Source: Porphyridium purpureum
Lineage: Eukaryota
Assembly: GCA_008690995.1 (NCBI GenBank)
Contig: VRMN01000008.1
Location: forward strand, 558,001-622,000
Reading direction: 5' to 3'
Length of the DNA: 64,000 bases
The notes under the pieces are model-generated. The model saw only the letters and a program-made list of their open reading frames with translations, ran no database searches and was not told where the DNA came from. Positions 19,084-29,430 of this stretch are shown here, one piece after another (within the stretch, counting starts at the first letter, position 1; the number at the start of each line of letters is the position of its first letter). The translations under genes were made by a program, and so were the position numbers.

Positions 19084-22000
19084 CTACCGAGGCTGCCTAG
19101 CAACTCGGCGTGCAGGCTTCATGGACACGATCGAGGTCGCTCCCGGAGTCTTGCGCGAATGCCGACCAGAAGCTGCATCGTCCGGACCGAGTGAGGCCGA
19201 GTGGCCCGCAGAAAGTCCCCGATACCCACTCACTGAGGCACCTGAATGCATGATCCGCTTTGCGCCATGGGGAGCGACGGCGCTCAGGCTCTGCCTCCGT
19301 GTGGAGGTGGACGTGTTCGCCTGGTACCGTGAGACTCCGGACGACGCCGCTTGTACTTTCTCCTTCTCTCGGTCTGCTTCTGCATCGGGAGCAAAGTGGA
19401 CGGTTCGTCTTTCCTTCATAGGCTGCGCCGAGGAGTGGATTACAGCCTCATTGGTACGATCGCTCAGTGGCATAAGCCTGCGGAGCAGCTGTGGCTGTGT
19501 CTGCTGTGGCTGTGTCTGCTGTTGCGGCTGCGGTTGCTGTGCACCTGCTGCTGCAGGTATCATGACCGCGAATTGAGAGGTTGTTGTGCGAGATCTCGCC
19601 AACTCCAGATCCACTCGCAGCTGTCTATTCTTCTCTTGTAATTCCAAAACGACCACTTCCAAGAGCGTGTCCGGCGTGCTTCTCGCTTGGTGCTGATGCT
19701 CTCGAGATGTGGTGTTTTTCTCAAGATCCTCGACGCGGGTACGGAGCACTACCAGCTCCTGCAAATCTTTGTTATGCCGTTCGCGGACTTGATCGAGCTC
19801 CTCCTCGAGGCGCGCCCGTTCATCAGTCGCACAGTCTTTTGCCTGCAGCATTTCCTGGCGGAATTTTTCCTTTTCGCGCTCAGCATCTTCGACACGGAGC
19901 TGCAGAGCGCTACATGCTTCAGTCAGTTTGGCATGTCGTTCGCTCAAAGTCTTCTCACGCGCTTTGGCGGCCTGAATCTCACCCTGAGCATCGTTCAATA
20001 ATTTGGTTGCCTTGACAAGTTCTGCGGCATCATGAACTGCTGAGCTACTTCGCTTTGAAGCCTTGCCGAGCTCTACTTTGGAAACTCGACTCGCCAGCAT
20101 CAAGCTCGATACGCTTTCAGAACTATCCTGCTCGGCTGGACTTACATTAACAAACATTAGCGTCTTAGAGTCACCACTGAGGGAGTCTTGTAAGAGAAAC
20201 GTGAGCTTGGAGTTCCGGAACGGTACGTGCTGAGCTTTGTTCACAAGTGCCGAAAAAACATCTGCGAGCGCAGATAGCGACTTGTTGATGTGCTGCGCCT
20301 CTTTGAGCCTCTCGCCGCTGGCTTGAGAGCGCGACACACGCTCGGAACCGGCCAGGTCGACCATATTAAGCTTGCCAGTGGTGCGCGCCCCAGATACGCG
20401 ATTGATCGATTCTACCTCGACGCTCAGAATAAGATGGGAGCGAGATGACCGCTCATTCATCGCAGTCTTGGCACTGCTTCGATTTTGCGCCGCACCATTC
20501 ATGATGTCCCACACCTGCTCGACGCTGTAGACATCAAGCCACGTGAGGTTGGCCGCATACACGCCATCGGACCCGAGTTTAAGGTCTACCTTGTTTGCGT
20601 TGGCACTGAAATTGCCATCTGGATCTGAAATGAGGTCGCGAAGGTGCTCATTGTAAATTTCGAGCATCGACACCTTGATGCTCGTGTCGAAAACCTTGTC
20701 TCGTTCCTCGCTCCTTGCAAAGAGCTCATCCAGTGCACGGTAGTTCACGCCACGCTCGTCGCCGGTGCCGGACATGGTGTGCGTCTTGCCCGAGCCCGTT
20801 TGACCGTACGCGAAAATGCACACGTTATAGCCGTCCAGAACGCTCGTCACTAAATCTGATGTCGCGCGATACACGGTTTCTTGTCCGTCTTGAGGACCGA
20901 ACACGCGATCAAACTCGAACGATTTGCCGTTCAGCAAAATTTGCGTCTGTTCAGAAAGATCTGGATGTGCGAGGCTGCTGCCGCTGTTGTTGCTGGCCGC
21001 AGAAACCCCATCTGGCGAATAGATGCGCACGCAGTTGACTCCCTCTGACTCTTTGATGGGACGGACACGACAAAACACGCGAATATTGCCGCGCAAGTTT
21101 TGAAGTTCGTTAAAGATGCGGCGACGCTCAGTATGTTCTCGCTTCCATCGCTCATGTGCATGGCCGAGGTCCAACTTTAGGGCATTGCGTTCCGCCGTCA
21201 TCTCACATAGCGACTCACCCACCTGCTGGTACTGCGCGATGAGGCGCCTGTTTTCATCAAACACAGTTTGCAATTCGTGGTGTATGTCACGGAACGCGTG
21301 CAGCTGCTTGTGTAGAAGTTCTACTTTTGCGTGCAACATTTCAGATTGTTGTTGTTGTTGCTGCTGCACACTTGAGACCGGCTGGTCAGGCTTGGCGGAA
21401 TCACTCATGACAAGAGGATCTATTCCAACGTGGCATTTTGCTCTGGGCTGTGATAGAAGCATGCCTTGCTCCTCCGTACAAACACCTATTTCGCGGAGCG
21501 AAGGTTTGGTGATAAGCTGAGATTGTAAGTGCTCCACGAAAGCGCCGCTCTGCTCGAGCTGCGCATGTGCATGCACAAGTTGCTCTTCCACTTCTCGAAT
21601 GCGAACCATTGCGGCTGCGACCTCGTCCCTCTTGATCCAGAGCTCCGTCTCAAGCTCGCCTCTCTCGCGTTCGTTGGACCGCTTGAGCCCTGCCACCTGC
21701 TCGTCGAGCTCTGACATTCGCATCTCGCGCTCCTTGACCAGCGCACGCGTGACCACGAGCGCCTTTTCGAGCTTTTCCGTGTTCTCAATCAGCTTTTGTG
21801 TTTGTACTGCTTGCAGCAGGTGGTCAGTCTGATGGACAGTTGACTCTTGATGTCGCATGGCCATCTCTAGTCTTAATGGCTGTGCCGGCGTCTGGAATGG
21901 CGATGCCTTTGCCTTTGTATGAGATTGAAATCCAGTTTCACTCTCTGTTCTGCAGTCGTCAAGATGAAGCGGCTGATGCCGGGTCGGTGGGGTCGGTGTC

Positions 22001-23337
22001 ACAAGAAAGTCGGATCCTGAGGGCGCAGCAGTCAAACTGGCACCTCGCATCGCTGACAGTTGTGATACAGATTCGTTGTCAAGGCCTCGAGATGCTGAAT
22101 TCATTATCCGGTTTCGTCTCAGCGAGTCGTGGCGCATTGGCGTCGCGCGCCATACGTCTGTGACGAGCATTGGTTTTGCGTCTATTAATGACGAGATTGG
22201 CTCCGTTTTTCCCGGACTGCTGGAGGGAATCTCCAAGAATCTTGCCTCGCCGGCGTTCCAGCATATTCTTTTGGTCAGCTCGTCAACCGTGAAGAACTTG
22301 TACTCGAGGCGCGGCGTCGGATTGGCGTCAGATACCGGAATGCGGTCAATTTCCACTTCGAGCTGCCACTGCCCGCGCCATCCGCGGGTTTGCTCTTCGA
22401 CCCGGAACATTCGCAAGGCCTTGGTAGGATCAAATGCGCCTAGCTCGGGGGAGCTGCCGCTTACGTACATACACACATCTTCCTTGGTGAAGAACTGTAT
22501 CTGAAACTGAATTCGCACACGCTGGCGCACAAATTGTACCGAGCTGGGCTCGTCTGTGTTGCCTTGTTCAGGGTTGGTCGATCCAATATCCTCTTCCATA
22601 AGAACGGCGCAGGGCAGCTTGAAGTCTGCGCCAAACATGATGGATGACCGGCGCCTGGCGACCCCACGCCCAAGACCCACGCCACCTTTTGGGCGCAGCA
22701 CGGCCTCGTTGCGCGTCTCGACATTGAGCCATGTGCTACAAAAGAAGCACCATGTGCGGTTCAGAGTGGTATCCTCTACCATGACGCGCTCAAGCTTCCA
22801 CGCGTCGTACACGCCGTGCCCATCGTGCCGCATTTTGACTTTGCCCACATTACCCAGGTACTCCAGCTCGAGCGTGAATATGTCGACCTCGCCGCGCGCA
22901 AACGAGCCGCGCTGCGCCGGCGCAAGCTCAAGCTCTTCTGTTTGTCTTTGGTCGCCATATAATGTCATATACACCGCACCCTGCGTGCCACCGAATTCCA
23001 CATCACCGGTCAGTACGCTGATTCGATACACATGGCGCTTTTGACGCTGATGCGCATTCGAATGCCGCCTTTCATCGCTATGACTCAATGTCTGCAAATC
23101 CGCAAGCGGCCTGCGCTTCTCCCCATTCTGGTTCACAGACGCCACCGCAGAGCCATACATCGCCAACGCGTCCGATACCGCTGAGGAAGTCGCCAATGGG
23201 ACGTCCTGATTCTCATCGACTCCACCACCATCTCTTCTTCTTCTTCTACTGCCGCCGCCGCTGCTGCTGCTGCTGCAGTTCAGATTCTCATGGCTGCCAA
23301 CGCTGAAATCGAGTCGCGCAGACCCATCGTCCATCAT
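19084..23337 (-). CDS. Kinesin-14 with N-terminal PLAT/LH2 and CBM20 domains
   Basis: Kinesin-14 neck ERRRIFNELQNLRGNIRVFCRVRP; P-loop GQTGSGKT; NERSSRSH; DLAGSER; HVPFRNSKLT; PLAT about 22690-23034; CBM20 about 22147-22518; flanking coiled coils. Confidence 0.9.
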   Translation of the reverse strand: MMDDGSARLDFSVGSHENLNCSSSSSGGGSRRRRRDGGGVDENQDVPLATSSAVSDALAMYGSAVASVNQNGEKRRPLADLQTLSHSDERRHSNAHQRQKRHVYRISVLTGDVEFGGTQGAVYMTLYGDQRQTEELELAPAQRGSFARGEVDIFTLELEYLGNVGKVKMRHDGHGVYDAWKLERVMVEDTTLNRTWCFFCSTWLNVETRNEAVLRPKGGVGLGRGVARRRSSIMFGADFKLPCAVLMEEDIGSTNPEQGNTDEPSSVQFVRQRVRIQFQIQFFTKEDVCMYVSGSSPELGAFDPTKALRMFRVEEQTRGWRGQWQLEVEIDRIPVSDANPTPRLEYKFFTVDELTKRICWNAGEARFLEIPSSSPGKTEPISSLIDAKPMLVTDVWRATPMRHDSLRRNRIMNSASRGLDNESVSQLSAMRGASLTAAPSGSDFLVTPTPPTRHQPLHLDDCRTESETGFQSHTKAKASPFQTPAQPLRLEMAMRHQESTVHQTDHLLQAVQTQKLIENTEKLEKALVVTRALVKEREMRMSELDEQVAGLKRSNERERGELETELWIKRDEVAAAMVRIREVEEQLVHAHAQLEQSGAFVEHLQSQLITKPSLREIGVCTEEQGMLLSQPRAKCHVGIDPLVMSDSAKPDQPVSSVQQQQQQQSEMLHAKVELLHKQLHAFRDIHHELQTVFDENRRLIAQYQQVGESLCEMTAERNALKLDLGHAHERWKREHTERRRIFNELQNLRGNIRVFCRVRPIKESEGVNCVRIYSPDGVSAASNNSGSSLAHPDLSEQTQILLNGKSFEFDRVFGPQDGQETVYRATSDLVTSVLDGYNVCIFAYGQTGSGKTHTMSGTGDERGVNYRALDELFARSEERDKVFDTSIKVSMLEIYNEHLRDLISDPDGNFSANANKVDLKLGSDGVYAANLTWLDVYSVEQVWDIMNGAAQNRSSAKTAMNERSSRSHLILSVEVESINRVSGARTTGKLNMVDLAGSERVSRSQASGERLKEAQHINKSLSALADVFSALVNKAQHVPFRNSKLTFLLQDSLSGDSKTLMFVNVSPAEQDSSESVSSLMLASRVSKVELGKASKRSSSAVHDAAELVKATKLLNDAQGEIQAAKAREKTLSERHAKLTEACSALQLRVEDAEREKEKFRQEMLQAKDCATDERARLEEELDQVRERHNKDLQELVVLRTRVEDLEKNTTSREHQHQARSTPDTLLEVVVLELQEKNRQLRVDLELARSRTTTSQFAVMIPAAAGAQQPQPQQQTQPQQTQPQLLRRLMPLSDRTNEAVIHSSAQPMKERRTVHFAPDAEADREKEKVQAASSGVSRYQANTSTSTRRQSLSAVAPHGAKRIMHSGASVSGYRGLSAGHSASLGPDDAASGRHSRKTPGATSIVSMKPARRVARQPR

Positions 23338-23614
23338 CTTCACAAACGCACTGACCGCAACGACCGCGCCGCAACAATCAATCCCACACGCACCCACACG
23401 CCGCTCTTTCTCTTCCTTCCTCTCTCTCTCGCTCTTCTCCGTCTCGCACTCAGTGCTTCACCGCAGTGCCATCGACATCCTCAGAGCCCAGTGCCTCTCG
23501 TTTCAAAACACCCGTTCCCCAATCCACCTTCGAACTCACTTTTTTTTGAATTTTCAAAAAACACGCTTTCAGATAAAGTTTCCTCTGTCATGAACTGTAC
23601 CATATCGCTGTACT

Positions 23615-23812
23615 CGTGCCTCTCAATTGGAAACTGGAAACCGATAAACCGTTTTTGGCCGAGTGGCTTGATGCCATCTGCTTCTCTCAGCGCCATGTGG
23701 CATGACATGTGCGCGCGTCTGCCTACGGACAACTTGCAACGGGAGAGAGCAACGAGAGCGTCGGCGTGCCTGTGCGTGACGAGTTTGATGGGTCGTGCTC
23801 CGAAGAGGGAAA
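23615..23812 (-). pseudogene. Possible decayed Gypsy RNase H fragment
   Basis: SLFGARPIKLVTH..ALVAL..KLSVGR...GFQFPIE loosely resembles YLFGRPF.LVTDH.AL..L..GRLARW..F.F.IEH. Confidence 0.25.
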
Positions 23813-23878
23813 ATATCGAGTGTTCCATGAGTACTACTGTTATCCGCCAGCCCCGCGGATACCTAGTCTTCACTGGAT

Positions 23879-23953
23879 CCTTGCTGTGGCCTTTCTGTGG
23901 CCTTGCTGTGGCCTTGCTGTGGCCTTGCTGTGGCCTTGCTGTGGCCTTGCTGG
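23879..23953 (+). repeat. 11-bp minisatellite (CCTTGCTGTGG), about 6.7 copies
   Basis: Directly visible tandem units, one variant CCTTTCTGTGG. Confidence 0.95.
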
Positions 23954-24512
23954 AACCTTTCTGGTGCACTGTCATTTTTTCTCACAGTGCTACCCGGCGA
24001 GCTGGAGAACACGGGGCGACAGTCTATATAAAGGCGTGGAGACCCGCGAGCAGGCTCGGGGACAGAAAGGAAGAAGAGAGAGAGGTAGCGAAAGGGAGAG
24101 AAGAAGGAGAGGGAAAGTAAAAGGAAAAGGAGGTTCATAACAACTACGTGTGTTTGCTGCGAGCGTGTAGACGAGCGAGCGCCTCCAGCCTTAAGCTGTT
24201 GCTGTTTGCGGTACCCTTTGGGCATCGTGACGAAAGATAGATGATAGTACCGGCGAACTGCTCGCGTAGAGTAAAGGTAGCAATTGGTACGCAGAAGTCT
24301 CCTTTACGGACGGATTTGTTTGCTGTTTTGATTTGAAATCCCCTTAAGGAAGGGAGAGAGACGGAGTGACGAGGTCTACGGAGTGGAGTGAGCTGGCTTA
24401 TATAGGCTGAGCTGACAAAAGCCTACATATTCAATACAGGGTGGAAGCACGTTGTGAGTAGCAGCGCCGCGCTGGCACATTGCAAAAACGGCTCACTAAC
24501 GACTCATATGAC

Positions 24513-24790
24513 TGCTGTGTACTACACCCGCAGCCACTACAACCCCTCTCTCACCTACAGGCACCCGCCCGGATCGAACCCCGACACCAACGGCACACCA
24601 ACCTCTCCTCGCACTTCGGTACCTCCTTTACTTTTCGTTTAGCTCGGGCCGCACGGCGGCGTGGATTATATACTGCCGCAAAGCCCTGGATCTAACTCAG
24701 TGGTGGGTTTGGATGGGGTTTTGGAGGGTGGACTGTACTATGGAGTACAGGTGCTACATGTGTACAGTGCATGGGGTGTACAGCATAGCA
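24513..24790 (-). repeat. 3' LTR of the Gypsy element
   Basis: Direct repeat of 30913-31190 (offset 6400); TATATAA on the minus strand at 24666-24672. Confidence 0.95.
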
Positions 24791-24803
24791 CATCTCCCCC
24801 ACC
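24791..24803 (-). other. Polypurine tract of the Gypsy element
   Basis: Minus strand GGTGGGGGAGATG abuts the 3' LTR. Confidence 0.8.
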
Positions 24804-25379
24804 GCCTCAACCGCTTGTGCGCGCTCGGGGACCGGGAAGAGAGGAAAGGGAGGCTGGCTAGCCCGGAGGAAAACCACGCGGGAAACCGGGCAAAGGGGTC
24901 GCGGAAAACGACCGCCGGCCAGCCCCAAACAAGCAAAAAATATTGTGAACGACGGAAAACCCATGCGACCCGGGTGTACGCGGCGGCGTCTTTGTACCTC
25001 TTTTCCGTGAGTTTTCGGTTTTCTGGTGCCGACTCCAGACGAGCACATTCCGGTGATCCAAGGTTCCGAGATAGAGGTGCAGGCTCAAGCAACACTCAAG
25101 AGGAGTTGATTGAAGCCTTTTCCCGCGAGGGAGGGCGCTTGCGGAAACCTCGGCGATATGCAACATTTGCCGACCCACCATGAACAGAAATTCCTGATTT
25201 GCGGCCAAACGACGCGGCGAAAGTGCGCGAAATGCAATATTGTAACCTAGATGAGGCCCACGAAGCCAGTCATCACCAAAGCAGAGCTTCTCTCGCCCTG
25301 GAACCTCCAGACACTCGTTGCTCATCCGTTGACACCGCCTGCCTCTCAACACCATATCCTCACTGTACCCACCCTGTGA

Positions 25380-25535
25380 GCCGATACGCCGATACGCCGA
25401 TACGCCGATACGCCGATACGGATAAACGGATAAACGGATAAACGGATAAACGGATAAACGGATAAACGGATAAACGGATAAACGGATAAACGGATAAACG
25501 GATAAACGGATAAACGGATAAACGGATAAACGGAT
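25380..25535 (+). repeat. Compound octamer array (GCCGATAC)x5 + (GGATAAAC)x14 in the Gypsy 3' UTR
   Basis: Directly counted tandem units. Confidence 0.95.
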
Positions 25536-25632
25536 GAGCCTCCGCCTTTCTCACAGTCGAAGGTCGGGAAGGATAGAGAGGCAGCGCGAAAGGAGGCCGA
25601 GGCTCTTGCCACACGCCGGCGGCCCGGACCGA

Positions 25633-28600
25633 CTATAGAAAGCTCTCGCCCGACGTGGATCGCAATGCAGTGCCGCGGTGCAAGCTGCCGCGGTTGAACG
25701 CCCACACAAGGGCCGGCGGCAGGGCAGAGGAACTTTCCCACGTCCAGTCCTTCTTCCTTGCCCCCTTCCAAGCCACAAGATACTCGGCCCCGTCGCTCCG
25801 TTCGCGCCTGGCTTTCAGACCTGACACCTCAACGATGTCACCGTCGGCGTTTCCCAGGCTGGTCGAGCGCAATGTATCGTTGCTCAGTAGCGCTCGGTCC
25901 ACTCTCTTCAGCCGTCGGCGATGCACGAAGAATTCTTTGCCGTCATGCGTCTTGAGCCATGCGCGATGCTCGTCAGCACGCTCAACTTCAAAAGGGCCTA
26001 CCCAAGGGTCCGCCAGCTTTCGGCCCTCCCTGCCCAGCGGCGGCTTCCAAACGAACACACAGTCCCCCGGTTCAACGTCAACAATTCGACATGACGCGTT
26101 AAGCTCTCGACGTCGGGCGTCCCGGGTGGCATCATTTTCAACTACTGCGTTGTGCAAGGCCTCGAGCCTGTTGCGCAACAGAATCACAAAGGCGTCCTCC
26201 TTTCTTGCGCTGTCTTGTGGCGCTACTTCCCCTTCGGCGGCCGGGTTGAAGGGTCCCAGCCATGAATTGGCCTCTCGTCCGAACATGAGCTCGTAAGGCG
26301 TCCTCTGCGTCGTGCTGTGTCTAGTCTGGTTGAACGCGGCCACACAGGCAGGCAACCACAAATCCCAATCGTCCTCCGTGACCCACGAAGAAAGCATGTC
26401 GCAGAGTGTCCTGTTAAAGCGTTCGACCGCCCCGTTGGCTTGTGGGTTGTACGCTGTCGTAAACAGCTTTCTAACGCGCAGCATCTTGCATAACTGGCGT
26501 AGAACATCGGCTCGGAAACAGGGCCCGTTGTCGCTCAGAAGAGCTTCCGGTAGGCCAAAGATTGCAGCCCAACGATCCAAAAAAGCCTCGGCAATGGTCT
26601 CTGCCCGCTCGTCTCGCACACATATTGCTATGGTGAACCGAGTGAAAAGGTCGCTCACTACCAGGATTTTTGAATATCCAGTGCTTGTTCTCGGCGTTAC
26701 CGTTAAAACGTCCGCAGCAACGACCTCGAACCGCCGGGTAACGACCCGCTTTCCCATGCGGTGGCTTGTGACAGGGGTCGGTGAGCCCTTTCGCGCGGCG
26801 CAAGTTCTACATTGCTTTACGAACTCCAAGACGTCTTGCAGCCAGCCAGGCCACCAAAACTCCGCGTCGGATATACGTGCCGCCGTCTTGGACACTCCGA
26901 AATGCCCGCTGAAAGGTGCTGAGTGGTAGACATCTAAAATACTGCCCACTAGTCCATCAGGGACTACCTTGCGCGGTTTGTCTTTCAGCGCGGCCCACGC
27001 AAGTCCACTTTCGTCCAGATAGTACTCCGGATAGGAATATACTCGTGGGGACTTTTGCAATGCCGCGAGCTCTTTCGATAGCAGCTCGTCCTCCCTGTAC
27101 GCTGCCTTGAGCCTCTCCGGAGATGGGAGCTCGTAGCCCACGGCTTGACCAATCGCGTGCGGATCATCTTCATCTGTCGGTACTGCAGAATCCTCTGCGA
27201 CGGGATCTCGTCGCGCACGCGTGCGCACTGCGTTCAGTTCGAGACGTGACAGTGCGTCCGGCACTCGATTCAAGCGGCCTTTAACATGCTCGATGGTAAA
27301 CGAAAAGTCCTGAATTGTCAGTGCCCAGCGCGCCAGCCTTCCTCTTGGCTCTTTCATGGACAGGAGCCAACGGAGAGGTTCATGGTCAGTGCGAATGCGT
27401 ACGGTTGTGCCGAAAACATAGTGTCGTACCTTTTTGAGACACCAAACTACTGCAAGGCACTCCAGCTCGGTGACCGTATAATTTTGCTCCGCCGACGTCA
27501 AAGTCCGCGACAAAAAAGAGATTGGCGCAAGCTTCCCGTCCGGCATCTCCTGATACAACGCACCGCCCAGTCCTATCTGAGAGGCGTCGGTGTCGAGAAC
27601 CTTTGGCGCGTTCGGATCCGCCAACACCAGCATCACTTTGTCCGACGTGAGCACCTCTTTGAATCCGTCGAAAGCGCAGCGCGCGTCTTCCCCAAAGCGT
27701 GCCTGCCAGCCGGCGCACTCTAGATCTGTATTGCGGTGTGCCTTCTTTGCATTGACGTCCAAGCCATCCAGCGCTCTCCGGAGCGGCGCCGCGCGATCCG
27801 AGAACCTGGGTATGAAGTCCCTGAACCAATTCACAAGCCCTAAGAAACGCAGCAGCTCTGTTGGGCCCTTAGGGTAAGGCCACTTGAGAATGGCTGCCGT
27901 ACTTTTTCCCCCCGGCCGAATGCGGCCTTCTTCCACTTCATGTCCCAGGAAACTGAGCCTTGCCGTAGCGAATTTGCACTTTTGCAGGGAAAATGTCATG
28001 TTCTCTTCCTGGAACTTGCTTAGCACTACGTCTAGGACCTCCAAATGTTTTTCTATCGTTTTGGTCCCTGTCAACATATCGTCTAGGTACATCAGGATGT
28101 GTTTCCATCGAAGCGACCCAAGTATCGTGTTCACAAGTCTCTGGAAGGTAGCGGGCGAGTTTCGGAGGCCCTGTGCAAGGACTGTGTAGCGGAACAGTCC
28201 CTCCGCCGTTATCATACCGGTGAAGTCCCGCGAGGACTCCGCGAGGGGAACTTGGAAGAAACCGTCAGCCAGGTCCATCACAGAGAAGACTCCACACGGG
28301 AGGAAGCGTCCCATCCAATCTAAGCATTCGCGCACGTCAGGGATTGGGTATCTATCTGGAACGGTGTGGCTGTTCAATTGGCGGAAATCCGTAGTCAGCC
28401 GCCACTTACCGTTTGGCTTTCGAATGATAACGTTCGCGCTGGCATATGGGCCCGAGCAAGGCTCGAGGATGCCCAAAGATAATAAACGCTGGACTAGCGT
28501 GCTCTCGGCCTCTCTTTCAACTTCAGACAATCTACGCAGGCGGGCCGGGGTAAGACGTGCGCCTGGATCAATAGCAATGGAGTGCTCAGTAGACCGTGTG

Positions 28601-29430
28601 CGACCTGGACGGTCCCGGAACACCCTCCAGTGCTTGAGCAACACCGCCCGAAGACCACTTTGGTGAAGCACGTCTACGTGGCTGAGGTCTACATCCATAA
28701 TGCGAGCACGCGTCTCCTCTTCGTCCTCTTGCATTACGTTTGGACTCCCGAGCTTACTTGCGTCTCTTTGCTCTACCCCAACGCAATCAATTAAGTTCAG
28801 TGATTTTGCAGGCGCTCCCTCTAAGAGGCGAATCGTGGCGCCGTCTTTCATTTCGAGCTCGCCCTTGCCAAAGGAAAGCGCGTTAGCATTAGCAACCCAG
28901 AAATCCCATCCCAGGATAAGATCTTCGATAAGATCTTCGGCAACTAATGCGCGCACCTGGTACATTGACTGGCCAATTTGTAGCTGAAGCTCTGATGCTC
29001 CGACAATACCGAGGGAGCTTCCGCCTGCAGTTCGACACTCCTGCGCCACGTCCTGTATTACGGCTCCTAGAGAACTGACCCACTTTGCTCGCGCATATAC
29101 ACCGGCAATCCCTACAGCACCCGTGTCGGCAAGAGCATCTACGGCAGATCCCGAGACCTTGACAGGCGTGCGACCCGATCGCATGACACGTGCTTTGGCC
29201 AACACGCGCACGTACGGGACTCTGCCAGAAGCAGATTCCACCAGATGGTTTAAGACTTCCAAGGTTGGACTCGCTCGCAGGATTCGCTTCGGCCCTAGAG
29301 CTAGATCATCAATCACGGAACTTGTTCGAATTTCGGTGTTCTCTTCACCTACGCTGGGCTTGCGATATCCCAACGCTTCCATGGCCTCATCCACGGCCCT
29401 CCCATTCCACGCTACCACGCGTCCGCGTAG
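25633..29430 (-). CDS. Gypsy Pol (PR-RT-RNase H-IN-chromodomain), in frame with gag behind a UGA
   Basis: LADTGA; DLADGFFQV; YLDD; DTDAS...ELECLAV; H..GH..C..C; SDNG; ERFNRTL; GPF; chromodomain EYLVAWKG..DWTWE (about 25693-25836). Confidence 0.93.
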   Translation of the reverse strand, partial: LRGRVVAWNGRAVDEAMEALGYRKPSVGEENTEIRTSSVIDDLALGPKRILRASPTLEVLNHLVESASGRVPYVRVLAKARVMRSGRTPVKVSGSAVDALADTGAVGIAGVYARAKWVSSLGAVIQDVAQECRTAGGSSLGIVGASELQLQIGQSMYQVRALVAEDLIEDLILGWDFWVANANALSFGKGELEMKDGATIRLLEGAPAKSLNLIDCVGVEQRDASKLGSPNVMQEDEEETRARIMDVDLSHVDVLHQSGLRAVLLKHWRVFRDRPGRTRSTEHSIAIDPGARLTPARLRRLSEVEREAESTLVQRLLSLGILEPCSGPYASANVIIRKPNGKWRLTTDFRQLNSHTVPDRYPIPDVRECLDWMGRFLPCGVFSVMDLADGFFQVPLAESSRDFTGMITAEGLFRYTVLAQGLRNSPATFQRLVNTILGSLRWKHILMYLDDMLTGTKTIEKHLEVLDVVLSKFQEENMTFSLQKCKFATARLSFLGHEVEEGRIRPGGKSTAAILKWPYPKGPTELLRFLGLVNWFRDFIPRFSDRAAPLRRALDGLDVNAKKAHRNTDLECAGWQARFGEDARCAFDGFKEVLTSDKVMLVLADPNAPKVLDTDASQIGLGGALYQEMPDGKLAPISFLSRTLTSAEQNYTVTELECLAVVWCLKKVRHYVFGTTVRIRTDHEPLRWLLSMKEPRGRLARWALTIQDFSFTIEHVKGRLNRVPDALSRLELNAVRTRARRDPVAEDSAVPTDEDDPHAIGQAVGYELPSPERLKAAYREDELLSKELAALQKSPRVYSYPEYYLDESGLAWAALKDKPRKVVPDGLVGSILDVYHSAPFSGHFGVSKTAARISDAEFWWPGWLQDVLEFVKQCRTCAARKGSPTPVTSHRMGKRVVTRRFEVVAADVLTVTPRTSTGYSKILVVSDLFTRFTIAICVRDERAETIAEAFLDRWAAIFGLPEALLSDNGPCFRADVLRQLCKMLRVRKLFTTAYNPQANGAVERFNRTLCDMLSSWVTEDDWDLWLPACVAAFNQTRHSTTQRTPYELMFGREANSWLGPFNPAAEGEVAPQDSARKEDAFVILLRNRLEALHNAVVENDATRDARRRELNASCRIVDVEPGDCVFVWKPPLGREGRKLADPWVGPFEVERADEHRAWLKTHDGKEFFVHRRRLKRVDRALLSNDTLRSTSLGNADGDIVEVSGLKARRERSDGAEYLVAWKGARKKDWTWESSSALPPALVWAFNRGSLHRGTALRSTSGESFL

